A stretch of 64,000 nucleotides of DNA, taken from Takakia lepidozioides. Its lineage: Eukaryota; Plantae; Bryophyta. Below the pieces are notes generated by a model, which was not told the origin of the DNA, made no database searches, and saw nothing but the letters and a program-made list of their open reading frames with translations. A program made the position numbers and the translations under genes. The DNA lies in contig CM060731.1 of assembly GCA_030704615.1 (NCBI GenBank), positions 69,006,001 to 69,070,000 on the forward strand, written 5' to 3'. Below, in pieces: positions 25,700 to 39,560 of the stretch; the stretch's first letter is position 1; each line of letters starts with the position of its first letter.

Positions 25700-28600
25700 T
25701 CGAAAAAAACTGTGAGGTCAATTCTTTGACTGGAAGAAGACACTTGCTCTTCGCACCACATTTTGGGGATCCACCTTCAACAATAGACGAGAGCTGGGAT
25801 TTGACATTCCACGGAGACTACACAGACTCGAGGGGTCAACTCGTCGAGCATACATTACTATTGAGGGAGTGAATATTTGCGAGAAGGCGTCGTGGACAAT
25901 TCATGGAATTGGCAAGTCAATTTATATGGAGTACAAAAGACTCATCAAATAAGGAGTTATATCTTCTGTGCATGGAAATTGTGGAATGAAGCGGCCCCGC
26001 CCAAAGATTGTTCAAGCTGAGAAGAACATATTGTCTATCATTAATGGGAACAGTGATTTCATGCCACATAAGACGAGATGTATTGGTGAGGGACGTCGAG
26101 ATACACTCCATGTACTACCTCCCAAGGGCACTAGAATGACCGCAATACAGTTTACGTGGAGGTGCCGCGTCACTAATGAACTTGTTTTGAGGGCTATCGA
26201 AGTTCCGTCGACTTGGTGATGCCAATGTAGAAGCACCTCCCATCCTGGTGCTTTACAAATTACTTGTCGCAACTGCTCCAAAGATAATGAACCTGAAGTG
26301 GACATACCTACTTGTTATTTACCACCTGCCTCTTGCATGTCCAGTGCACGACCCAAACTGAGGCCAGTACCGCATTTTACAAGATATGTTTGTGTAGAGA
26401 TTTTACAATGTATAAATCTAGGCGTACGCTTTGTGGAAAAAAAATGCATTTGGACTTGGATGACATTGGACCCGTGGGCCAACAGCAGAGGCTACCCTAG
26501 AGGTCGCACTTGGGCCTCGATATAGGAGACGCACTTGCATACATAGGTTCTGGGCTCAGGGCCTATTTCTACTTGGAAACGAGTTCGAGATGAGTCCAAC
26601 GAGGTGAGTATTTTTTCTCATCTACTTCTTCATTTGAACCTCTCTATTAAGACAATGTGAATAAGATGTGATTTGGTTGAGCAAATAAATTTTTTACATC
26701 GATCGATCAATAGTCTTTATTTATCTACTACCTGTATCAGGTTGATGAGATTACTATAACAGACCTCGACATTAGTGTCAACGTTCTAATATATTTTTGG
26801 GCGCACATGACAGACCAATCAGCTTGTACGCACATCTGAAACGTGTCACGTAGTCTTCCAATGTCTATGTTCCATCCCATTTGACGTACAAGCCGAACGA
26901 GCAGTGAGTTGAATTAGAAAGAAGATGTTCTCCAACGTCGAAGTTAGAAAAAATGGAGGGACATTTGCAAAATGTACAGAGTGTGAGATGCTAAAGGACC
27001 TCATTAAGAAGTCTGTGAAAAGAAGTGCAGACCAAATGTATCATAAGAAAGCTCTTGACAAGCATTTAAAGCATCAAGAGTCTTGCCGAAGACTCTACCA
27101 TAGCTGGAGGAATGAATCGGTTATAATGCCAACATAATTTTTATGCATCATTCATGATAAGATGGATCATCGAAAGACTGCTCTTCCACGTTTGCAAACA
27201 ACGAACAAGATGATTTCAGGCTTGGGGCAGCTTCCAGTGTCTATGGGCGGGTATCATTACTCACGGTCACGGAGATGGCGCGTACGCTCAATATTGGATG
27301 GATTTTTGGCCAGCAGATCCCAACTTCGTTATAAGATCTTTGGCTAGAATTTTGCGACAATTGGAGAAACCAACATGTCGTGAATCAAGGGCCGTTTTTT
27401 ATAACCCCATGCAAACTGATTTCTTTGAAGTCATAATGAGAGGAAAATCCAAGTGTTTGGATGTTTTGAAGTCTTGTTCTGAAAAAGTTAAGAAATGAGT
27501 GCTTCCATTACCACGAAGATTGTATCTACAAATGGACAATTGTGTCAAAGACAACAAGAACAGGTGGATGTTGGCGTTCTTATCACTGCTTACTGCAAGA
27601 TGGGTGTTCGAAGAAATTCAACTCGGTTTCCTTATGGTTGGCCATACGCATGAGGACATTGATGCTTATTTTAGTTACCTCTCGAAGAAAAATTGAAAAA
27701 GAGCAGCACCTATGTTCTTTTCGATCTCATGAAAAATTTCATGGTATCTCAAGACTTACAGTTCATTCTGCAAATAATTCAAGAAGTTCCAGACTTCAAG
27801 GATTTTGTCGACGGCTTTATTTTGGAGGGGAATGAGGCTTTGGTTGGAGCTACAGAAATGCATTTATTTTTATTTTTTGTTGATTCGGATGGCTGACCTC
27901 TAATGCAATACAAAAAATCTGCAACAGATGCGGATTGGCTTCCAAAAAATGGCAATGTCAAAATGTGGAAAACAAAAGATGATGGTTCTCCAATGCTTCC
28001 AGTTGGACAGCCGAAACCGCTCCGTAAGAGACCTATTTGGGGAGATGGTGAGGAAGCATCGGAGAAACAATCTTGCATCATGTTCGGTATTAAAAAGTAC
28101 ATGGATTTTTGGAAAAAAAAAACGCTCTTTGATGATCAATATGGAAATATCATAAAACAATATGATCAATATGAGGCGGATATTCTTGAAGAACTTGACC
28201 TTCCGTTGGAGGAGCCAAATGACGAACTTATTTCATTCAAGGAAAAAAAAAAAAAAAAAAAAAAAAGGTGGACGCGTTGCCAAAGCAAGCGTAACTTATG
28301 GTGTTATTTGACCCAGAAGGGCCTACCTTCTGGTAGGAAGGTAGACACCTTTGTAACAACCAACAGGGTGGTTTGAACCCACAACCACTCGTAAGAGGGT
28401 ATATGCCCTTACCACTGGGCTACATGTTGGTTGTCTCTATTCAAGGATATTGAGAATGGATTCTTTGTACTTGTTCGTCCAAATGATACAGAGACTTTTC
28501 CTGTTTGGATGGGAATGACAATATTGGATGTTGTACGAGATAGAGAAGATCGCAATTACAAAAATCTTCTTGTGGAGTGGTGGAGACCGAAGAAAGGGGG

Positions 28601-28830
28601 CAATCCTACGGATGCGGATAAATATAAAGATTGTTGATCCAAAAATTGAAAGTTCAACCCAATGGATCCCGCTCAATGTATTCATGATGACAATGTGGTG
28701 TGGACAATGCCACCGAGAAAAAATACGACCAAAACAAGCACAAAAAAAGATAACTGCTCGAGATGCGGACAATGGTAGAGCAAATTTGGATCAGCAAATC
28801 GTCAAGATAATGAAAACTAAAATGGTATGA
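25700..28830 (+). pseudogene. Degenerate DDD-type (Sola-like / DUF7869-like) transposase gene
   Basis: FAKCTEC...H; IIHDKMD; LYLQMDNCVKDNKN...FLMVGHTHEDIDAYF; C-terminal FVLVRP..PVW...VEWW segment. Many stops and frameshifts plus a SINE insertion. Confidence 0.8.
28243..28424 (-). mobile_element. tRNA-derived SINE inserted in the transposase gene
   Basis: On the minus strand: A-box TAGCCCAGTGG, B-box GGTTCAAACC and a T-rich tail. A homologous copy lies at 44076-45183. Confidence 0.7.
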
Positions 28831-28979
28831 ATGCAGACAACTCTCCAACTTTCTTGTTTTCTTGTAATGTTTTAAATCTCAATTATTTTGAGTGATGGAT
28901 AAAAAATAATTGTTCTACTCAATTATAATGTTGTTCATTCTTCTAGCTACTTTCAATAAATTTTGTATGAATAAATTTT

Positions 28980-31150
28980 GTTAGAGTGGTTGGGATTTAA
29001 AAAAAAACCTTTTGCTTAGTAATACTTGCAAGTTTTCATATAACCTCCTAAACACTTTTCCACTTTTTGTTTTTGGATTGGTTTGGATTTTTTAATGACA
29101 TTTTTATAGGTCCTAAATATTACTCTTTCATAATATTTATTTATTATCTAATATACTTTACCTTAGCCTAGGCCCAATACCACAAAAATATCTTTGTAAT
29201 GTTTGAACCTTGATACTCGGAATTAATTATTTTTCTAACTTTGAGGTTGCATACTAGAGTGGTTGGAATATTTAATTGAAAATTTGTATAGGTCCTAAAC
29301 ACTCTCCTATCACCCCTATCATTCATACTTTTGCCGGAGACTTAACCCTATAATCTTAACCCTATAGCCTAAAACGTAGTTGCTACATTTGAAGCTCAAT
29401 TAATTGTATTTTCCAGCTTATGTGTATGACAGAGTCATCGAGATATTTACTTGGAAATTCTTACTCTTCCATATGTTTTTTTTACTTGAAGTATTTTTGT
29501 TTATCCGAAACCCTATACCGCAAAACCTCATTCAAATCAACTTTTGAGCTTTGGGTATAATACAAATTACAATGGTTAGAATATTATATTGACTAGATTG
29601 TTGAATGTTTTAAAAATTATAGGTCTCAAACATACATGCATATTTTTATGTGGTTCATACTTTTATTTCTTATAAACTTTATGCCCCTTAAAACCTTATA
29701 TCCATGTTTGAAGCTTCTTAAGAAAGCAAATTCCTACTTTGGGATATTTGATTGAAAGTTTTTATAGGTTCCATACACTGTTGTTGTTTTTTGAAAGTTT
29801 TTATAGGACCTCGTACACAAACTGTCTCTTCCATATTAGTTTCTTATTGATAATTTTGTCCACCTCATACCATGTTTGAGGTCCAAGTCCCGTTTTTGTT
29901 TTTTTTGTTTGTTTTTTTTTTCCTTGCATTTCTCAAATTTTCAGCTTTGGGGTACAATAGAGTGGGGACGTGGTCGGAACAAATTTTAATCCCAACATGT
30001 ATAAGATTGAATTCTCATTAAAACAATTGCTTAGTACTACTTGGTAACAATTTTGTATGGAACTTCCTTATAAGCATTTTTCAACCCTTTGTAAGATTGA
30101 ATAGATTTTTCTTTTTTTCTTTTTTTGGCTAGTATTAAGCTTTGGGGACTTAGTCTATAGAATTTTACGATATTTAATTGAGAGATTTTATATGTCTTAA
30201 TTACTCTTGTAAATTTGTTTGTCATTGAATAGTACTAAATTTGCTTACCCTAAATCCTAGTATGTCACCTTAAAAATCTTTTTTGATTGTTTGAAGCTCA
30301 TTATTCTTTTTCCCCATTGACTCACTTTTAATAAGATAAAGTGGTCTGGATTTTCAATTGATATTTTTGTAGATCCTAAGTTACATTCTTTCATATTTGT
30401 TCTTACCTATACTTTAGCTTAATAGCCTAAGCCCAGTACCCCAAAAATATCTATTTTGTATTGGTCCTAAACGGTATCCCATTATTTGTATCATTCACAC
30501 TTTTGCTTGTTCTAAACCCTAGTATACCCTAGAACGTAGTTTCTACATTTGAAGCTCATTGATTCATTTTATTCTAGCTTATATGTATGATAGAGTCCTC
30601 GGGATATTTACTCAGAAATTCTTATATGTTCTACACACTCGTCCAATTTTATTTTGTACTTGATAGTATTTTTACTTCTCCAAACCCCTATACCCTAAAC
30701 CTCATTCAAATATTTGAAGTTCATTCAAATCATTTTTCCATAATACAATTATGGTTAAAATATTACTTGATTGAACGTTTTTATAGGTCGTAAACTGTCC
30801 TGCATATTTGTGTGATTCATTTTTATAAATTTTCTAAAACTTTATGCTCCTAAAACCTTATATCTATGTTGGAAGCTCGTTAAAAAAACACATTCTTATT
30901 TTGGGGTACAACGTATTCAAGGTTGAGATATTTGATTGAAAGTTCTTATAGGTTCGATGCACTGTTGTTTTTTTTTTCCCCTCTTCATACTTTTTTCTTA
31001 TCCTAAACCCTACGATACCTCGAAACCTCATATCCCGAAGCGAGTCATTGAAAAAATAAATGTACATAGCTTTCAACTTTGGAGTACATTGATACATTGG
31101 TTTGGAGAAATTATTTCGATTAAAAATGTCTAGAAGTTCCATAGGTTCCA
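28980..31150. repeat. Degenerate AT-rich tandem repeat (sub-units of about 170-180 bp, higher-order duplication of about 1.2 kb)
   Basis: Recurrent TAGGTCCTAAA, TTTGAAGCT and AGAGTGG motifs; matching blocks at 29165/30424, 29374/30533 and 29690/30852. Confidence 0.6.
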
Positions 31151-34100
31151 TACATTTTTTCACATTTTATTAATGTTGATTCAGATTTCTCATGTGAGTA
31201 AGATTTTTTTATTTCGGTGTACCGTTTTGATTTTGAATACCTTTTAGTTCGCCTTCGGGCCTTGTATTTATGTGTTAGTATTCATAAATTTATATCCGTG
31301 GTTACTCTTTTGTAAGAGTCAATTTGGATTTGAGACCGACAATTTTTTTTTTTACAAAACAAAGTATTTTGTCTAAGTTCGAGTCTTCACTTTTACAAGC
31401 TACATATCTATGCGGAGGCATTTGCAAAAACATATCTTCGTGCGACGCACACCCAGTCTTCTCAATGTCAGCCTTATGTGTAGATGTTCTAGTTTCAGGG
31501 CTAGGGTGTTTGTGGATTATATATAGTGCCTTTGTATTGGGGATAACAGACTAATTGACAACATGTACTGGGTAACGATGGCTCGTGGATACTTGTGCTA
31601 ATTAGTATATATCATTTGCATTGGCTAAATTTGTATATCGTTCGATTTTTGATGTCGACGTTTAATGAATTTAAAGTCACACAAATTGTGTTATTAATAT
31701 ATATCATTTGCATTGTCTAATGTATGTCATTCGACTTTGATGTCGACGTTTAAGGAATTGGGAGTCATGCACATTCACTTGAAAACTAAATCTTGATTCA
31801 TTGTTTCATAATATTGTACTTATTTGATTTGATTTAAATGTAAAATTATATTAAGTTTTGTCCGGATTTAAGCCAAAAGTCTAGAATTAGTTAAAATTGA
31901 GTTCCATCCTTCAAGAAGCAAATGATTCCAACTGATAGAGTTCCGACTTCTAATATCTTGCCTGGCTATGCTACTTGTAGGAGTGGATTATTTAAGGGAA
32001 GCTCTTCCGGATCTCAACCTACTTTCCAGGGAAACTATGGGCAATACACGGAGGTATACAATTCTGTGAATCCACATTCTTCACTGTCTATACAACAAGG
32101 TGAACAACAAAACATTCATTTAAGAATGCTACAAAAAGATTTTCATGCCTTAAAATGGAGGAACTGTTGGCAATCGTGAGATCTGAAGAGGAACATCAAC
32201 CATTGGGGACTACATACATAAGACCTACCTCGTGCTCCAATCACTGGCAACTTCCTGTATTCAGAGAGAATACGTGGACAATGTAAAGTAAGATTCAAGA
32301 GAGGGAGAGAGAATGTACTCATAAGATGTCAATTATGTATGTAATTTCTTTGTTGTTGCATGGAAGCATGGTTTCTCGCAGGGAGCCCTACGAGACTGGG
32401 GGTTGTGGGGGTCCTACCCTTTGCACGGTCTGCAATGAATGCAGGCTACCAAGGGGCCGCTCTAGAGGGCTGGCTCTGGAGGGTGACCCCAGATTCCCAT
32501 GGGGCACGCCCTGAGAAACGCGGGGCAGTGAAGGATTACAATCGAGGGGATTTTCCCGATGGATTGAATAGAAAATTCAGGAGTACTTTCCCAACTTGAT
32601 TTAGGACGTTGGGACCGTTCCGTTTTCCCAAAAGCACACCCATTTTTTCCCCAAAATAATAAAGGTGGCAACATACAGAAAATGCACTTTGTGAACCCCC
32701 CTCTGGATCACTACAAAGCAGGTATAACCAGATCTTGTCCAAAAACTCTGAAAATTTAGGACAAGGTGGCCAACATCATGAGACATGTCCATGTAACATT
32801 TCAACTCAATTGGACTAGCCATGTAGGAATTTCGATAATATTTGTATAATGTTTTTGTACTCTGCAGAGGTTACAGAAACTTTTCATGCTCGACACCGAT
32901 ATTACTATTCTTAACTTCATCGGTCAAGATTGTGGCATCTCTCTTCGTAGGTCTGAAGATGGAAACTAAACCATCCCATGAAGGAGCTTGCTCCGTCTTG
33001 TTCGTGCAGGCACTGATCCTGGAATTTCAGGCTGGCCAACATTGTCTTCATCATCCATCCTGAAACTACCAAATTCTTCCTCTCTTCGATCAGGTGATCA
33101 TGGACAAGTGATAGAGCCCGTAACAGATGAGAACGAAAAAGATCTTCTTCTAATGCTGGATGCCAATTCTGGTCCTTCTGACACCCTGCCAAGTGACGTG
33201 GTATCTTCGCTTTTCTTTGGACTGGAATCGAATATTGGTTCCAGTAGTGAATAGTCTGCTGAAATGCAGATCAACAACGAGTGAGTGGATTGGTCGTACA
33301 AATTTCAGAGTTGTGCAACTTAATGAACATGGCTGATGACAAATATGTACGATCCTAAAGCAAACTATCAGGTTTATCAGACAGCGGCATGTCCTCATCC
33401 AACTACAACATAAACTTCCGCCTTACTTAATGTTTTCATAAACAAACCAATACCCTTGATGGAATTCAGTTTAGAACCTGCTTTGGATCTGTCAGAAGGA
33501 ATCGGGGCTTTCACGAGTATCATCTGCACAAAAGCTGGAAGACCGCCTCCGGGGATGTTTTGAAAACGGTGATGATAAAGAGACATCTTTGAAGTATACT
33601 GTGACCTTGGTACCACGAGGGTACCACCCGATAATCTCTGGAGTATGCAAAATTCAACTAGCGTCTTGTCGAGTAGTCAACAAAGGTGCAGATACCCTAT
33701 ATTCCAAAATCACCAAGTCAGGCCGAATGCAACTCTCTAACCCTGATAGTCAGTGCCATCAACTACTACAGTATGCACCTGAGCCTACAACTTCTCTAAC
33801 AAAGACGAAATAATCATCTCAACTTCCAAACGTAATAGAACATGGAGGAAGCATCCACAATGAAGGCTTCAGCGAGCCTCTCAGGATAATGATCGGCAAG
33901 CATATAGTGGTGAGAATGCCACTAGTTTGACGGAGCGCTTAATGTTGAGTAACCTGTCAAACGACGTGAACAGCATGGATTGAGAAACTATGACATATTT
34001 CGGGATCATAGCAGTTGTCTGTAGCATACTAGGTCTACATTTCTGGAAAAGGCATTATTATTACTAATAAACTTAGAATCCTTCAGCGAAATCCTTCATT

Positions 34101-37100
34101 AGGCCGATCAATATTTCAAAAGCTGGATGCCTCACTGACCCTTCTCAGTGTCGAATTACTTGCAAATTTCAAGACGAAAATAGGCAGCGTACAGACTGAG
34201 GTAGCATACCATTTACCATCGAATATAACAAAAACGCGGCATTATCTTCTCAAGTTACGTAATTCACTTGAGCTCACACTCTGGCCATCTTCTAAAGACT
34301 GCGAACAGCGCAATTCACGAAGACTGCCTACATGCGAAGTATGCGGTGTGAAGCATGCTCTGGAAAACCAGTAAATCCACAGTTCAACTAAAAGCCGACT
34401 AAAAGTGCATTCCACCTCATCTTGCCTTCCCTTGGTCTTCGGGCTTGAAAAACCTTGTATAAAGTCAAATTTCAACGACTATTCAATTTGAGTCATTGCA
34501 CGCTTGGTTGAAAATTTTTGCTCACGGTTTTTCTCCCCTAGTGTAAACATCCCCTCATAATGATAAAATTGATTGTAAAGACATAGCTTGATTCCATGGT
34601 CATAGGCGTGCGATTTCAGGTAAAAGTCCCAAAACCCATGTGCTGCCTTGGCAGCTATACCCCGCACTGTGTACCTCTGTATTCAGCAGTATACTTAAAT
34701 ACAAACAAACTGGGCACTTTTCTGACCAAACTTGTAGTTTCTACATTGCATCAAGTTATTCATGCATCAACTCCACTTCCTCATTACAAGTTCATGTTGG
34801 CATTATTCCTTCTTACTGGCCAACTACAGAGAATGACATTGGCTACATTCATGTTTTCTTCAATACGAAAGTGTTCCTGAATGGCCATTGAAGGACATAA
34901 CACTCTCAACTGGCAAGAGTGTAGCGTGCACTCTTCTCTATGTTGTCGTATTTGGTCCACAAATGGTGGGTGTCTTCATTACTTTCACATGCCCCCTTGT
35001 AGCAAAAAATTATTATCAGTGTTGTTAGTGGTCACCTGGCCAATCGGTACTTGGATACTTGACACTTGGTTGAATGGATACTGGTCAATATGCAGAGATT
35101 TTGTTGTAACTCACATAGCATTCTTGAAATGGGCCTCTGAACACCCTCTCTATACATGACATTCTTCCAACCACCCAGCTCACCCTGGAATCTGCATCCA
35201 TGATCTTATTCAATTTCTTACCATCTCCGATAGACTTTGAAATATTAAATTGATGATGGGCCATGGAATGTCCTTGTTGACTGGGAATGGACAGCGCACA
35301 TGAGATAGTCCAATGGGGATTGCTAGATTCGTATCCTACTGCTACTATTTCTAGCCACTTTGCATGTTGTTGCTATATTTGCATGTGGCCTGATTCTATT
35401 CGATTCCTTGCTACAATACACAAAGGTGGCCTCTCCTCCGAAAAAGTTTTTCGGATGCAAACATATCAGAAGTTTGTCCAAGTAACGAAGTCGTTACCGT
35501 TCTTATTTGTAGCAGGAAGAAGTAGGTTTCAATATAGATGCAGTGGAAGCAGTCGCAATGAAATTGTTGCAACGACTCAACTAGTCAGCATCGGTTATGA
35601 AGACCAGTGCTGCAGTACACCTGCAAGATGGTACGTGTCCTTGTTCTTCAGTTTCACATGTCCTGTGCAGCCCATCTCTAAGGCTTTGACAAATAGCAAG
35701 CGTCTCCTGTTCCTTTTAATACGTTCAGTGTTTTGAAGAAAGACTTGTAAGACTAATTAGCATTGGATTTACGTGTTTGTTGATTTTCGGTGGAGCACTT
35801 GAAGGTTGAGGTACGGGAATTGAAGAGGGCACTGAACATAGCTCTGGGAAATTATGAAGCTCTCTGTAAGCGGGTTGAAATGCAAGGGCCTGACTTTCTG
35901 CGAGGTACAACTCGACCGTCTTCACGAGCATCCACTACTCTTGATATAGAACTTTCATTAGGTGGAGCCTTACAACAGATATTTAGAACTGGCTCTAGTG
36001 TGGTTGATACCAGACCTACTTAGTACACAGATTATCGAGCAGATTATCATTCTAAAGTATTGAATGTATTAGAGAAACTCAAGCTTATCATAGAAATCCA
36101 TTCAGGATATTAATCTGCTGGTGCCCAACCTCTAGTCTAGGCATTTTATGCATCAGTTTCTCAGTTGTATAGTAAGAGCAAGAAAGACAAGTGAGAGGAA
36201 GAAGATATTGCCCTGAATGGGGGCGTATCCAAACAGATGCACAGGCTTGTATCATTGTAAGCTTCGAGGAAGGTTAGTGAAGGACTCCACTGGTGTAGTG
36301 TGTACAGTAGTCAAAATTTATATTAAGATCTTGAAATTTATTGCAGTTGTTGAGGTTGTTCGGGATCTTGCCAATGGCTGTGATGTTGGAAGATGTAACA
36401 AGGAAGTATGACCACAGTATGAATCCAACTCTGGAATCGATCGAACGTATTTGCCGCAGTTTTGGATGAAGAATGAGGCGATTGGCTTTGCTTGCCCTCG
36501 TTATTGTTTCCGGAAATTCAAGCCTGTTGATGGGTTTTATTAGAAACGGGAAGTTTAATCCTCAGCCATAGATGTCTTCGATGGAAGATGTGACATAGCA
36601 CAGGCTTCTTGAGAGGCTCAATGAAGAGTTAGAGTGAAGCAGTAACCTCGGCCACAGCTCCTCGAAGTGCTTATAGTAATCACAGTATAAGCTATGGACG
36701 ACCTTCTCCATCTCTGGAATCTAAGTTAGTGGCCAAAACTGCGTCCCCCTTCACTTTGCATACCGAAAGTGGTTTCATACAATACATGCCTACTATTGAT
36801 CATCAGAAGTCACACCACGTTGTTCATACAAATCCAAATTTTCTTCGTCATGCTGTACGTGATGAAATCCTGTCGGAACTTACCGGTGTCAGAGTCTTCC
36901 ACTTTACTCATCTTTGACACCGAAGTCTTCACTTTACTCATCTTTGACACCAAAGTCTTCTCAAGTGAATTCATCGAAATGGTTAAGTATTCTAATGGCA
37001 GTGATGAAGTCGCAGACAGTCACTGAGATTCTGCTGAAAGTCGGTGCACTTGGCCAGTTCTAACTTCTTCCCCTACATTTTTGCCAATAACTGGAACACT

Positions 37101-37939
37101 ATCAAAGTACAGCCGGGTCGTGGCATGCAACCCTCCTCAGCCTTGATTTTCCACATAGTCGCCTTGACTCTTGACCCAAGTTGCCGTGTGTGCTACCTGC
37201 CAATCAACTTATGATCAAAATGACCTCAACCTCAGGTCTCCGCATCAGCTCGGTTGGAACAGTAAGATAGGTACACATGTCCGCATGTTCTGCAACGATT
37301 GTCAAGTGCCAAGTGACAAGTTCGGGTACATTACTTGAGCAATCTAGTTCGTGAAGTTAGGATTGCCTAAGCATATAATCTTGGAGCTCCACTGAGGCTG
37401 CATGGTGATCCCCCATGTAGCCTGTAAAGATATGATCTCCTTTAGTAGGGCTTGGTGAAGTGTCAACCCAGGTTGCGGTTGAATAGTCTTCCTCCCTAAA
37501 ATTCTCCTCCTCAATATTATCTCCTGACCCCACCTCCTCTTCCTCGTAGTCTTCCGAGTCCAAACGCCGTGCTTGTCTGGCCAAGTATAAGTTGACTGTT
37601 GCATAATTCACCAAACAACCTCCTGCTGCTTGACATGTGTCACAAGGTCTCTTTGGGAACCTCTCATCCCAACGCACAAGCTGACACTCTCCTGATGAGC
37701 AAGAAGAATATGTTCTTTGGTATGCGGCATCAGTATATCAATTTCCCCACTGCACTTTCTCAGGATATATGACAAATTTAACTACCTAGCTTATAGGTAC
37801 TGGGAATTAGACTTGTATATATGTATGGACTGGATCTGAAGTTGCAACATGCAAACACATGTTGTGGTTCTTTCCAATTGCAAGAGCAAAAAGCACAATG
37901 GACATGAGGAACGTGGAAGAAAAAAGAGAGAGGCATACT

Positions 37940-39560
37940 CATATGTGTCCACAAGAGCTTGAAATGTTATCGTAAATGCTAGCGCATAGGAGGTAAAAGT
38001 AGCAAGCTCACTATGATTGGTGTCATGAAACGAGCCAGGTGGCCTATGTAAGGATGCCAAGGCACCAAACCTCACTCAATTTGAGTGAGTTTGGCCCTGA
38101 ATTAGAGCCTCTAATGACTTGTACTTCCTACATCGCATACAAGCCCTCATAAGAGCCCCTCCTTCATGTATTGGGGGCTTGGGGGCTTGGGTGAAAGGGA
38201 GAAAAACAAATAAGTCTGCCCATTTTCATGGTCAACTTTGAAAATATCCATGCGGAGGCTTATCTCAGTGAAGATAATTCTCTCATTTTCCCACGTCTTT
38301 CCTTATTGTTCTATTTCTTTCTTCTTATTCTCTCTTGATATTTTAAAATTCTTCAAGCAAAGGGAAGACAAAATCAAGCCCTGAACACAATAGCTAAATA
38401 GAAACCAATCCTAGCAGAGACACAAGCCGCACCGAGAGGATACGCAATTCAAAGGAAAAGAGGCAAAAGCAACTGACACCAAAGACAAATCTTTCTCCCT
38501 CCATTACACACAACAATATCTGCAAATAGATGTACAGATAGGGATGCATTTACCCGAATGCGGCACAACGAGTGCTATGTGAGACCCACAAAGTCTTCAC
38601 AAATGCTGCCACTTTTCACATATGGAAGTGATCTTTCAGTGATCAGTGATAATGGAAAATCAGCACTTGCATCTTCCTAAAAAACCTCATCGACTAAAAC
38701 CCATCCCGGCACTGAAGTCTGTCACCAAATATCGGTCTTTGTCTGCTAGTAGAAATATGGAGGTGTGGAAGGAATGTGCTATTTATAGGGTTGATTAATT
38801 TGGAAGATGTAGCCTAACAGGGTATAGAAGATTTGGCCTAGATTTTACATGGAAGTCGGATATAGCTGACAGAAATTTGATCGTAGACAATCAACTGTTC
38901 ATTTATGGGCTAGCAACAAGTACATCACTAGAACACATGAGGTTGATTCCAACACTATTCTTGACCTTCAGCTTGAAACAGAGGTGACACATGTAGAGGG
39001 GGTGACTTCCAGTCACACTGCTCAAAGTAACAGTATGTTGACATGGGGAGACACACAGGTAAAAAGAACCTTCATGAATCTCGGGCATGTCGCTCTTACA
39101 AAGATGTTTTATAGCTAGAGACACAAACATCTATATGTTTGGCAGAATCACAAAGTCAGGATGAAGCAGCCACGACTTTCCCACCGCCAATGAGGACCTA
39201 TATGCAATTTTGAGCTTAACAGCTTGAACATCACCATTAACACCTAAAAGAAACTAAAAGAGTGAGACACTTTCCATGAAAGATGATACAAATGCATGCG
39301 AGTGTGTTCCACGAACATGTATCCCAAATCATCGCCCTACATCAACATTGCTACACATGAAGCCCACACAACACCTAGCCTCTGAATGGAAGAAGGGAGA
39401 GATTAAGGGACAAAGATGATCAAACTTGTCTATCCACATACAGACAAACTAAATGATGAACCCTTCCGTGCAATCAGCCAAGATAATGGACCAACCTGGT
39501 GGCATCAAATCCTCCCAGATAGCAGGTACTTGAAGCACTGATCCCTTCATCTGGTCCCTG
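37940..39560 (-). pseudogene. NAPRT: Nicotinate phosphoribosyltransferase pseudogene fragment (4 recognisable exons)
   Basis: Exons translate to GPDEGISAS..YLGGFDAT; SNV..GR*FGI..RGTHSHAFVSSF; CEDFVGL; TNHSELATFTSYALAF..FQALVDTY. In-frame stops present. Confidence 0.85.

Larger units (their letters stand above)
11770..31750. repeat. Dispersed 24-bp palindrome family A, consensus AAC(G/C)TCGACATTAATGTCGA(C/G)GTT
   Basis: Copies start at 11770, 11845, 12951, 13722, 13915, 14032, 14191, 14292, 14443, 24529, 24820, 25023 and 26762, with degenerate copies at about 31639 and 31728. Confidence 0.9.

Noticed and set aside
28340-28424. Functional tRNA gene
   Set aside because: A and B boxes are present but there is no clean cloverleaf, and it continues into a conserved body and tail shared with a second copy, which indicates a SINE.
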